Positions 10,587 to 17,913 of a DNA stretch of 35,882 nt are shown one piece after another. The DNA is from a virus (lineage: Duplodnaviria; Caudoviricetes), in the IMG/VR virus record IMGVR_UViG_3300043427_000471, positions 1 through 35,882 of that record; one strand, given 5' to 3'. The translations under genes and the position numbers were made by a program. Position 1 is the first letter of the stretch; each line of letters starts with the position of its first letter. The notes under the pieces were generated by a model. It made no database searches and was not told the origin of the DNA. It saw only the letters and a list, made by a program, of their open reading frames with translations.

Positions 10587-11194
10587 CAGCGATACAATGC
10601 CTTATAGGGTTCATAGCTGTTGTAGTAGTTGACTCCACGAGGATGACCAAAGAAGGTGTAGTCTCCTTGGTTGCATTCATACTCAAGAGCCATTGCACGG
10701 GTGTATGCTTCTTTCTGTTGCAGCATCTGGTATTGAGTACTATCACCAACAATCCGTGAGGATGTGATACTGGCAGCTCGTGCAACGATGTAGTCTTTGA
10801 TGGGTGTTGGAAGATCAACCCAATCAAACAACCACACCACGTCACACAGCACCTGCTCAGTGAAGGTGTACGAGTGAGCAGTGCGGTCATACAGCTTCCC
10901 ACTTCGACGTACAACATCCCGATCCCTGTAGCTAGGAGTTAGATCGAGTTGAAGCACGTTGTTGGGAATAAGAATCTGGTTGTTGTTGTCAGGAGTAAAC
11001 GGGTATTCATACTCCCGGTTAAAGGTCCATCCTTCTGCCTGAACCTCCCGTGACACCTGTTGAAGGGTGTCGTACGCAATTGCAACGTCCGGGTTGGTTT
11101 GATCAAGGGTGGTTACAGGCGCCTGACCAACTGACGCCAGAATTTCATTAACAGCTTGAAGCTCAGTCTGAGCGTTAGTGGTAGGGAACGGCAT
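10586..11194 (-). CDS. Tail tubular protein A (gatekeeper, T7 gp11-like)
   Basis: TELQAVNEILASVGQAPV and VSREVQAEGWTFNRE motifs; synteny after capsid. Confidence 0.93.
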   Translation of the reverse strand: MPFPTTNAQTELQAVNEILASVGQAPVTTLDQTNPDVAIAYDTLQQVSREVQAEGWTFNREYEYPFTPDNNNQILIPNNVLQLDLTPSYRDRDVVRRSGKLYDRTAHSYTFTEQVLCDVVWLFDWVDLPTPIKDYIVARAASITSSRIVGDSTQYQMLQQKEAYTRAMALEYECNQGDYTFFGHPRGVNYYNSYEPYKALYR

Positions 11195-11218
11195 AACAGA
11201 AATGTTGTATGCGATGGA

Positions 11219-11249
11219 TAAAAAAGAGGGGAGACCGAAGCCTCCCCCA
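11219..11249 (-). terminator. Rho-independent terminator after the capsid genes (T-phi equivalent)
   Basis: Minus strand GGGGGAGGC-TTCG-GTCTCCCCC followed by TCTTTTTT; cUUCGg tetraloop. Confidence 0.9.
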
Positions 11250-11254
11250 ATAGA

Positions 11255-11434
11255 TCAGACGTTAGCGATGTTGCACTCAACGCCAGGATAAGCAGTACGC
11301 AGACCCTTGGTGGTCGAAGCCACAGCAGAATCAGCGACAGCAGAGCCATAACCAAAACGAGTCTTGGCTACAGAAATACGAACGGCATCAGTGGTGCAAG
11401 CACCGTTGTTGCCAGCAGCTACAGAAGCAGCCAT
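11255..11434 (-). CDS. Small Ala/Gly-rich protein, possible capsid-associated protein (59 aa, not in ORF track)
   Basis: Manual translation MAASVAAGNNGACTTDAVRISVAKTRFGYGSAVADSAVASTTKGLRTAYPGVECNIANV; GAGGT Shine-Dalgarno upstream; lies between capsid and terminator. Confidence 0.7.
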   Translation of the reverse strand: MAASVAAGNNGACTTDAVRISVAKTRFGYGSAVADSAVASTTKGLRTAYPGVECNIANV

Positions 11435-11449
11435 GATGTTTTACCTCAA

Positions 11450-11647
11450 TCAGGGAGTAGGAGCGACGTAAGGCAGCTTGCCGTCTACGTCATCAGTCTT
11501 CACCTTGTCGAGGCGAATGCCCTGACCCGAAGCCACAGTCCGACCAAACTCCACAGGAGTCAGCGGATTCTGAGTTTCAGAGCTGGCAATAGAGCCAATG
11601 GCATTCCCTTCAACAAGGATCACCGAAGTGCCAGGAACAATAGACAT
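11450..11647 (-). CDS. Small protein after capsid, possible decoration/minor capsid protein
   Basis: 65 aa with AGGAG RBS, immediately downstream of the capsid gene; function inferred from position only. Confidence 0.65.
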   Translation of the reverse strand: MSIVPGTSVILVEGNAIGSIASSETQNPLTPVEFGRTVASGQGIRLDKVKTDDVDGKLPYVAPTP

Positions 11648-11662
11648 GTGTCTATCTCCTTA

Positions 11663-12682
11663 TCAGGAACGAGCAGACTGCAGCTCGATAGCGCAGGCAG
11701 GGTTCAGGGTGCCGCAACCCATGGCAAGACGACCAACAATGATGTCACCTTGATACATGGTGCGAACGTCAGAACCAGTGGTCTGCACTTGAGGACCAAT
11801 GGCCTCAACCACACCAGCAGCATCTTTGTGGTAGATCAGACCGCAGTGGGTGCTGAAGTTACCGGAGTAGTCGTTGTTCTCACCGTTCACAGCAGCAACA
11901 GTACCGGCCAGGAAGGGCAGGTTGTTGGAGCGCTTGATGGGAATACCAGCGATCTCATAGAGACCTTCGCCGGACTGCAGGCTACCGGAGTTGTTGCCGA
12001 AGTCACGGTTGAGGATGTTGCTATCAACCTGGCTCACCAGTGCGTAGTACTGACGAGGGGACAGCACAGCCATACGACCCTGCTTGGGCAGGTTCTTCTC
12101 ATCCATGATAGAAGCAGCTTCAAAGAAGGCATCCACCAGAGCTTGAGCGTCGTACTCTTTCTGCACACCCAGTTGGATGATGCTACCGCCGGGCTCAGGG
12201 CCAGGAGCAGCAGTGATCGGGTGAGCCTCACGAGCAGCTTTAGCGATCTGACGGAAGATCTTCTTGTCGTAAGCCTCAGCCAGAGCGTGGCCGATCTTAG
12301 CGGCGATCTCAGAACGCAGGCTGTAGTGAGCCAGGGTCTCATCGAGATCGTACACAAAGGCAGAACTTACGAGAAGGTCGTCACAGACAATGGTCTTCTC
12401 AGCCACCGGAGGATCCCCAGACCCGAGGATCGGGGTGCCAGGTTCGTGATACGCCGCCTCCATGCGGCCCGTGAAGATGAACTGCATAGCCTTACCGTTC
12501 TTCAGGGTACGGCTTTGCACGGTGCCTTTGGCGATAGTGGCGCTTTCATACGCCTTGAACATTTCGCCAGAGAACAGTTTCAGATAAGTTGCATACTTGG
12601 TATCGTAAGCAGTACCAAGAGCAAGAGGAGTGGCCGACGTATTATTTACGCGACCAATAGAAGTTACGGTAGTGTTAGCCAC
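11663..12682 (-). CDS. Major capsid protein (T7 gp10-like)
   Basis: YLKLFSGEMFKAY, RTLKNGKAMQFIFTG, EKTIVCDDLL and GRLAMGCGTLNP motifs; GTG start. Confidence 0.96.
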   Translation of the reverse strand: MANTTVTSIGRVNNTSATPLALGTAYDTKYATYLKLFSGEMFKAYESATIAKGTVQSRTLKNGKAMQFIFTGRMEAAYHEPGTPILGSGDPPVAEKTIVCDDLLVSSAFVYDLDETLAHYSLRSEIAAKIGHALAEAYDKKIFRQIAKAAREAHPITAAPGPEPGGSIIQLGVQKEYDAQALVDAFFEAASIMDEKNLPKQGRMAVLSPRQYYALVSQVDSNILNRDFGNNSGSLQSGEGLYEIAGIPIKRSNNLPFLAGTVAAVNGENNDYSGNFSTHCGLIYHKDAAGVVEAIGPQVQTTGSDVRTMYQGDIIVGRLAMGCGTLNPACAIELQSARS

Positions 12683-12712
12683 AATAGTAAAGAGAGAAGT
12701 TTGTGTTCGTTC

Positions 12713-12865
12713 TCTCTAAGCGCTTAGAGAATCACATGAGTAAACATGTGTTCATTAAAGTTGTTTCTTGATGTCTGTCTCTCCAGACCGTCATGACTAA
12801 AGGTTGTCTTCCGTAGAAGGCCAATAGTCAATAAGAGCAGGGTCCGACTCTGAGGTGCCCTGCTC
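12713..12865 (-). promoter_or_regulatory. Structured capsid 5' leader with five tandem hairpins; may include the phage-RNAP promoter
   Basis: GAGCAGGG/CCCTGCTC stem (12835-12865); GACTA..CTTC-TACG-GAAG..TAGTC; GTCTG-GAGAGA-CAGAC; CACATG/CATGTG; perfect 18-bp palindrome TCTCTAAGCGCTTAGAGA (12713-12730). Confidence 0.55.
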
Positions 12866-12872
12866 CATTTAG

Positions 12873-12977
12873 TTATTTAGTTTTAGGTGTGTAAGCAACG
12901 CCACGATACTTCAGCTTCTGCTCCTTGTCAGCAGCTTTCTGCTCCCGTACACGGGCATCCGTCTCGACCTGAGTCAT
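12873..12977 (-). CDS. DUF4278-like small peptide (34 aa, not in ORF track)
   Basis: Manual translation MTQVETDARVREQKAADKEQKLKYRGVAYTPKTK carries the LxYRGVxY motif and lies directly downstream of the riboswitch. Confidence 0.85.
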   Translation of the reverse strand: MTQVETDARVREQKAADKEQKLKYRGVAYTPKTK

Positions 12978-12989
12978 TGTTCTGGATTG

Positions 12990-13046
12990 AAGTACCTGAC
13001 CCCCGTTCCATGATCAGGCGGTATGCGTCCCAATGGGATGAACGTA
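12990..13046 (-). ncRNA. Glutamine-II riboswitch (Downstream-peptide RNA motif)
   Basis: Minus strand CGTTCATCCCATTGGGACGCATACCGCCTGATCATGGAACGGGGGTCAGGTACT: P1 CGTTC/GAACG, P2 TCCC-ATT-GGGA, pseudoknot CCTGATC/GGTCAGG; upstream of a YRG peptide as expected for this family. Confidence 0.88.
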
Positions 13047-13052
13047 CGTTGC

Positions 13053-13196
13053 TTACTTCTTAGCAGTCTTTGCTGCTTTCTTAAATTGTGCCGCAGTCGG
13101 CGCACCACTCGATCCAGCCTTTCTCATCTTCTCACCAGAACCATTCTTGATGCGAAGACGCTTGGCGTGGATGTTGGCGTAGAGACCGGGTTTCAT
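13053..13196 (-). CDS. Small basic phage protein (47 aa, not in ORF track)
   Basis: Manual translation MKPGLYANIHAKRLRIKNGSGEKMRKAGSSGAPTAAQFKKAAKTAKK; I recognise GLYANIHAKR as a recurrent phage small-protein pattern. Confidence 0.8.
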   Translation of the reverse strand: MKPGLYANIHAKRLRIKNGSGEKMRKAGSSGAPTAAQFKKAAKTAKK

Positions 13197-13243
13197 CAGC
13201 AGCCTTTCTTGCCGCCGCCACCCTTACCACCTTTACCTTTCAT
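13196..13243 (-). CDS. Putative 15-aa Lys/Gly micropeptide
   Basis: MKGKGGKGGGGKKGC; starts 2 nt after the upstream stop and its TGA overlaps the next ATG (TGATG), filling the gap exactly. Confidence 0.55.
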   Translation of the reverse strand: MKGKGGKGGGGKKGC

Positions 13244-13245
13244 GA

Positions 13246-13422
13246 TCAGGCAGGCCAGGCAGCACCACCGGCTTGAACCTTCGTACCTTTCGGGCTCAGT
13301 TCAGTCAGGGTTTGAGCAGTCTCGCCGTAGGCACTAATGAATGCCTGGCTGTTTGCAGTAGGAGTTACATACTGCACAGTCACCGAAGACACCTTCGGAT
13401 CAAAGGGATTTGCTTTAGCCAT
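13246..13422 (-). CDS. Hypothetical protein (58 aa)
   Basis: MAKANPFDPKVSSVT...WPA; ATG lies 1 nt after the rlpA stop. Confidence 0.65.
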   Translation of the reverse strand: MAKANPFDPKVSSVTVQYVTPTANSQAFISAYGETAQTLTELSPKGTKVQAGGAAWPA

Positions 13423-13423
13423 G

Positions 13424-13729
13424 TCAGTTAATTCGTTGAATGGTGACTTGACCAACACCCGCACTTCTCAAACCAATCACCTCAGCAGCAGCACGACTAA
13501 GGTCAATGTCACGACCATGAACAAAAGGTCCACGATCATTGATACGGACATTAACGCAGCGTTTGTTTGAGGTATTGCAGACACGCACCTTGGTTCCAAA
13601 AGGAAGCGTACGATGTGCTGCAGTCATGGAATGCATGTTGTAGATCTCACCAGAAGCGGTGCGATTACCGTGATAAGGATAGCCATACCACGATGCAAGA
13701 GAAGCAAGAGTGAGTGTCAGAGTAAGCAT
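13424..13729 (-). CDS. rlpA: RlpA-like lytic transglycosylase (double-psi beta-barrel)
   Basis: ASWYG..HGNRTASGE, TAAHRTLPFGTKVRV, VRINDRGPF and IDLSRAAA signature motifs; short hydrophobic N-terminus. Confidence 0.9.
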   Translation of the reverse strand: MLTLTLTLASLASWYGYPYHGNRTASGEIYNMHSMTAAHRTLPFGTKVRVCNTSNKRCVNVRINDRGPFVHGRDIDLSRAAAEVIGLRSAGVGQVTIQRIN

Positions 13730-13776
13730 GAGTTCATTGCAAAGGACTTGTATATTGCTTACTCTTCCAACATCAT

Positions 13777-14535
13777 TTAGAAGTTGAGATCAGACATCTC
13801 AAGCTTCGCTGCTACATCTGCACGGTACGCAGGATCATTGTCGTAGCGAGGATCACTCATGGCACGCACAAGTTCAGCTTGACTACGGAACCCTTGAACC
13901 TGAGACGGTGCTTTACCAGTCAGCATCTGGCCGTCATAACCTTGAGCTTCCTGGAACCTGAAGGCAAGAGCATTCACAGCGAAGTAACAGGCCAGAGGAT
14001 CACCCCTTTCCATTACTGCGTCGTACATGTTGATCTCTTGCTCAGACAGGGATTCCTGTGCCCAGGCCATCATTTGACCATACTGCTGTTCACCACCGAC
14101 GATGCCTTGCAAGTTGCTGACATCCTCAGCAGTGATGGTTTCAACAGCACCACCTTCCTCAACCTGTGAGCGATACTCCAGGTACATCTGAGCAAGGTCA
14201 GTAGGATCCATGTTCTGCAGAGCCTCAAGGGTCTCTGGTGAATACTCATCCTGTGCTTCTTGCCATAGACGCTCAAGGAAGTCGACATCAACTTCTTCAT
14301 CTTGAACTTCTTCTTCTTGTGAAGGTTCTTCTTCAGCAGTGTCAGCTTCGCGGTTGCCTAGCTTTCGTTGCAGCTCAATGTAGGCTTGTTCAAGATCCTC
14401 TGCATCTTTGAACTTACCAGCAAGCAGTTGTTGCTGTTGTTCCTCAAGAGCTTGACCTACTTGAAGTGAGTCAAGTTCTTCTGCAGAGAACTCACCGTCT
14501 TGAGCTTCAGTCGGATCGTACGTCAGTGTAGCCAT
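13777..14535 (-). CDS. Capsid scaffolding protein (T7 gp9-like)
   Basis: Very acidic; LLAGKFKDAEDLEQAYIELQ and FRSQAELVRAMSDPRYDNDPAYR motifs. Confidence 0.92.
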   Translation of the reverse strand: MATLTYDPTEAQDGEFSAEELDSLQVGQALEEQQQQLLAGKFKDAEDLEQAYIELQRKLGNREADTAEEEPSQEEEVQDEEVDVDFLERLWQEAQDEYSPETLEALQNMDPTDLAQMYLEYRSQVEEGGAVETITAEDVSNLQGIVGGEQQYGQMMAWAQESLSEQEINMYDAVMERGDPLACYFAVNALAFRFQEAQGYDGQMLTGKAPSQVQGFRSQAELVRAMSDPRYDNDPAYRADVAAKLEMSDLNF

Positions 14536-14734
14536 TAGTTGTGATTACTTTGAGATTACCAAGACCAACTCGTTCAACACGATTGGGAACACCGATGGTC
14601 GGTTTGCCGATCTTGGTGCGTGGTGCGTATTTGTTGCCGGACTCATCAAAGAGTTCACGATCCTCAGCCGATAGGGGCTGGGGCACCGGCTTGTTCTTCT
14701 GGCGCTGAGGCCGCGAGGGGATTGCCTTGTCCAT
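14507..14734 (-). CDS. Hypothetical protein overlapping the portal 3' end and scaffold 5' end
   Basis: 75 aa; the only ORF spanning the portal-scaffold gap (14536-14663). Confidence 0.55.
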   Translation of the reverse strand: MDKAIPSRPQRQKNKPVPQPLSAEDRELFDESGNKYAPRTKIGKPTIGVPNRVERVGLGNLKVITTNGYTDVRSD

Positions 14735-16277
14735 TGATCATCTCCATTGCTTGTGGGTTTTTACTTGGATCCATCAGTGGAGTCTTAGCCAACTGACCAA
14801 TCTGTTGAGTAAGCATCATGTCCTTCTGCATACTCATGTTCTCCATCTGTTCTTGCTTCATTTCAGCAACACTCTTGACGAGGTTCAACACGTCGATGCC
14901 TTGAGCAGCAGCCAGACGTTTGATTACTTCATCACTGTTGATGTACTTCGCAAGAGCTTCAGGCCCCATCGTTTGTGCAATGGTCTGCAGGAACGAGCCA
15001 AGACTTTCTCTATCTTGTCCTCGACCCAGTGCATTAACACCAGCAACAATAGTAGGCTTAACAATGTCCTTTGGAAGACGTGGAATCTGACCAGTCTTTT
15101 GGAAGACATTGAGCTTACGGTTTAGATACGGAACAAGGAACTCAGTCGTCAGCAAACTGAATAGTCCACCGAGTTGTTGTTCCAGTTCCATTTGAGTCAT
15201 CCGTACTTCCTCAGCAGTTGTACGTTCTGACTGCCTTACAGAAAGGATGAGGAATGCTTCAGACAACCGACGTTCCAACTGCTGCATCATTTCAAATGCA
15301 GTTCGGAAGTCCGCAGTCTTTCCAACCTGAATGACACCAATGTCATCCGGTCTTCCTTGAACGATGGCACCGTTGCCTGCCTGAGCCAGCGTGGCCGGTT
15401 TGGTAGTGCTTGAGGGTGATACTACGAAGACAACCTTAGCGGCTGCTGCAGAGCCTTCTACGAGAGCCTGAGAGAGTGCTTCAAGGGAGCGTAGATCTCC
15501 GATGAATTCCTCTACTCGACCACGACCATAGACTTCACCATCAACAGTGTTGAACCGAAGAACAAGCCACGGGTTTGCTTCAATGGGTGCTTTGCCCATT
15601 GAACCCGGAATGATCTTGTCTTCGTATTCTTGATGCCAGACAAACCTGTTGTTGTCTCGGCGGATGTGAGTGTAGATGTCTGCCTCATCATTCCGTTCTG
15701 CCTCAGTGCCTGCCACATCATTGGGCACAGCCATGGGTAGAACCTTCATGAGAAGCTTCTTTGAGATGCGTTCTTTTGTGACTATTTCAAGCACATTACC
15801 GTTGCCATCTCTTTCTACAACGTAGCGATTCAAGGGGTACAGCTTGAGCTGTTTCTCTCCCATGAAGACCAACGCATTACCTGTCACCACTAGATGCTTC
15901 AGTGCTTGGTGTACAACGACACGATCACTAGAAGCAGCAATAGATTCAAGGATGATGCGTTCGATCTTTGCAAAGGAAAGATCCAACTCTGACTTAGCTT
16001 CGGGAGGAAGCTCAGTACCCAATGCACTGTCATTTACCTGTAGCTTAAAGAAGCTGGTTTGAGGAGGCAGTAGTGCCAGCATCAATTTCGATGCCAGAGT
16101 GACTACCCCCTTTGCACCAACGCTTTGCCATGGTGTAGGTAGATGACGTGCTCCTTTGACCCACTCCTCTTCACCACGATTGAGGTAAGGAAGAGTAAGA
16201 TCAGCAGCTTGTCTTGCTACGTTTAGAAAGTTTGAACGGTCACTTGCTAAATAGTCATACCGTGATTTGGCTGACAT
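14664..16277 (-). CDS. Portal (head-tail connector, T7 gp8-like)
   Basis: PWQSVGAKGVVTLASKLMLALLPP, YGRGRVEEF and RQSERTTAEEVR motifs. Confidence 0.96.
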   Translation of the reverse strand: MSAKSRYDYLASDRSNFLNVARQAADLTLPYLNRGEEEWVKGARHLPTPWQSVGAKGVVTLASKLMLALLPPQTSFFKLQVNDSALGTELPPEAKSELDLSFAKIERIILESIAASSDRVVVHQALKHLVVTGNALVFMGEKQLKLYPLNRYVVERDGNGNVLEIVTKERISKKLLMKVLPMAVPNDVAGTEAERNDEADIYTHIRRDNNRFVWHQEYEDKIIPGSMGKAPIEANPWLVLRFNTVDGEVYGRGRVEEFIGDLRSLEALSQALVEGSAAAAKVVFVVSPSSTTKPATLAQAGNGAIVQGRPDDIGVIQVGKTADFRTAFEMMQQLERRLSEAFLILSVRQSERTTAEEVRMTQMELEQQLGGLFSLLTTEFLVPYLNRKLNVFQKTGQIPRLPKDIVKPTIVAGVNALGRGQDRESLGSFLQTIAQTMGPEALAKYINSDEVIKRLAAAQGIDVLNLVKSVAEMKQEQMENMSMQKDMMLTQQIGQLAKTPLMDPSKNPQAMEMINGQGNPLAASAPEEQAGAPAPIG

Positions 16278-17041
16278 TAGCGTCCAGTATTAAGTGAGTT
16301 TCCGTATTGCAGTCCGCGACCAAGCAGACCAGTACCACGTCCGTAGATACCAAGTTGACGAAGACGTGATTTAGCACGATTGAGTTTGTTGGCACCAAGA
16401 GCACCAAGTCCTCCACCAGCCATCATGCCAGGACCAGGGTCAGATGTTGAAGCGACGGGATCTGTCGTCACAGGATCTTCTGTAACAGGATCCTGTACGG
16501 TTTGATCGTTATTTACCTGATTTGGCACATAACCTACGCCACCAATTGGGTTCTTGATTACCTTTTTGTCTTGTTCAGGTAGTGAATACTGCTTACCAAA
16601 TCCGCGAACGGTTTCACGTCCACCAGGTCGGATAGCTGTGCCACCCATCATGAACCTGCGATCCGTACCAGGAGTCACCGAGCCATAACCACTCTGAGGA
16701 TTTTGGTAGCCGCCACTTGCGCGAGTTCCACGCATACCTTCTAATGCTTGACCAATCCTCCCAGTGCCAAAGGTAGGCTTCTGGGTTAGCCCGTAGAAAC
16801 CACCATAAGCAGGCCCAGCCTCCTTAATGAGCATGTTAGCGGCACCAGAATTAAGATTAATACCTGTCCTCTCGTTAGATTTCAGGTTCTGGTTAACAGA
16901 GTCAAGCCGTTTGACAACAGTCTGCGCCGATGCACCAGTTGACTTGGTGATGTTATTTAGTTCTTGCTTGGTGATGCCACCTACACCCGCTTGCCGAATA
17001 GCAAGCTTGACGCCTTGATTTTTTGATTCCTTCTTAGCCAT
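16277..17041 (-). CDS. Gly-rich basic protein upstream of portal (gp7.3-position virion/assembly protein)
   Basis: 254 aa, low complexity, with a short xDPV repeat (QDPVTEDPVTTDPV); stop overlaps portal ATG. Confidence 0.6.
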   Translation of the reverse strand: MAKKESKNQGVKLAIRQAGVGGITKQELNNITKSTGASAQTVVKRLDSVNQNLKSNERTGINLNSGAANMLIKEAGPAYGGFYGLTQKPTFGTGRIGQALEGMRGTRASGGYQNPQSGYGSVTPGTDRRFMMGGTAIRPGGRETVRGFGKQYSLPEQDKKVIKNPIGGVGYVPNQVNNDQTVQDPVTEDPVTTDPVASTSDPGPGMMAGGGLGALGANKLNRAKSRLRQLGIYGRGTGLLGRGLQYGNSLNTGR

Positions 17042-17231
17042 TGTTTTCTTCAGTGAGACGATGGTTGATCCACTCGACCACTGAACGTTGGCCAGAGCGG
17101 TACATTATTAAGTTTGTCGGATCATCTGGATGTGGATTAACTGAAGGAAAGTTCTCCTCCAGTTCTTGTAAGATTGGTTGAAGCTGGAGACCACTGGTCT
17201 CAAGCATACTGAGGTAGGTTGGGGTTTGCAT
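17034..17231 (-). CDS. Conserved small T7-like phage protein
   Basis: LQELEENFP..P....IMYRSGQRSVVEWI pattern typical of the small gene before the structural module; start uncertain (17258, 17231 or 17207). Confidence 0.7.
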   Translation of the reverse strand: MQTPTYLSMLETSGLQLQPILQELEENFPSVNPHPDDPTNLIMYRSGQRSVVEWINHRLTEENNG

Positions 17232-17913
17232 GTTCAAAGAACGCAGGCATCCGAGCACGTTGTGTATCGATCAACCCTTCTGCTTTACCTGCATACATCA
17301 AGCTGTCACTTTGATCAAGCCAGAACTGTTTGTCCAAGTACTTGTTCTCTGACTTCTTGAGTGGTTGCATTACCCAAGCAATGGTTGCCTTCCTGAGGCG
17401 ATCAAGAGAAGGAGATACAGTGAGACCAAGCTCACGACATACCAAGCTATTCGTTGCCACATGAACTTGCTCATCCCTGCTGATGTCAGCACTTACTGTT
17501 CGGAGACCAGCGTCACCATTAAAGCGGAAGAATGGCAGTAGAACGAAGAAAATTGCACGCTCGGCCACCATTGCTTTGAGGACCGTGTGATCTGGATGCG
17601 CCGTCCAAGCATCGCGGAGTCGCATGGCTTCGGCTTCAGCAACTGGGTCAGTGCCGATAGCTTGGGCGATGTAACCGAGAGCCAAGTCGTGGTTCTCTTC
17701 GTCTGTGATGTTGGATCGCAGTAAGTCCCGCGATAACTCTGGAACTTCATTCTTCAATGCATCGTTAATAAAGTCGCCAACAGGAAGTTCCATGTGGCGA
17801 AGGGCGAGAGCCCGGAAGATAGTTTCCTCCGAGCCCTCAGCAAGCTGACCAGCAGTGGTTTGCACTGGGGTCCACTTACGTTTACGATTAAAGAGTTTCT
17901 GATAAGGGTTCAT
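17200..17913 (-). CDS. nrdB: Ribonucleotide reductase class I beta subunit (ferritin-like, cyanopodovirus type)
   Basis: Di-metal ligands HMELP, DEENH, AERA and DEQVH; ATG at 17913 overlaps the alpha-subunit stop. Confidence 0.85.
   Translation of the reverse strand: MNPYQKLFNRKRKWTPVQTTAGQLAEGSEETIFRALALRHMELPVGDFINDALKNEVPELSRDLLRSNITDEENHDLALGYIAQAIGTDPVAEAEAMRLRDAWTAHPDHTVLKAMVAERAIFFVLLPFFRFNGDAGLRTVSADISRDEQVHVATNSLVCRELGLTVSPSLDRLRKATIAWVMQPLKKSENKYLDKQFWLDQSDSLMYAGKAEGLIDTQRARMPAFFEHANPNLPQYA

Noticed and set aside
11640-11700. T7 10B-style capsid frameshift extension
   Set aside because: No slippery sequence is seen at the capsid 3' end, and the next ORF has its own AGGAG RBS.
11784-11795. 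TGCACTTGAGGA, a near match to the operator
   Set aside because: It breaks the conserved GTG half-site, is isolated inside the capsid CDS and is plausibly chance; partial matches at 30205 and 31384 were also excluded.
11648-12727. 359-aa plus-strand ORF
   Set aside because: It is the antisense shadow of the capsid gene, explained by codon bias; no motifs or RBS.
13746-13765. Possible NtcA box upstream of rlpA
   Set aside because: GTA-N7-TAC spacing, not the canonical N8.
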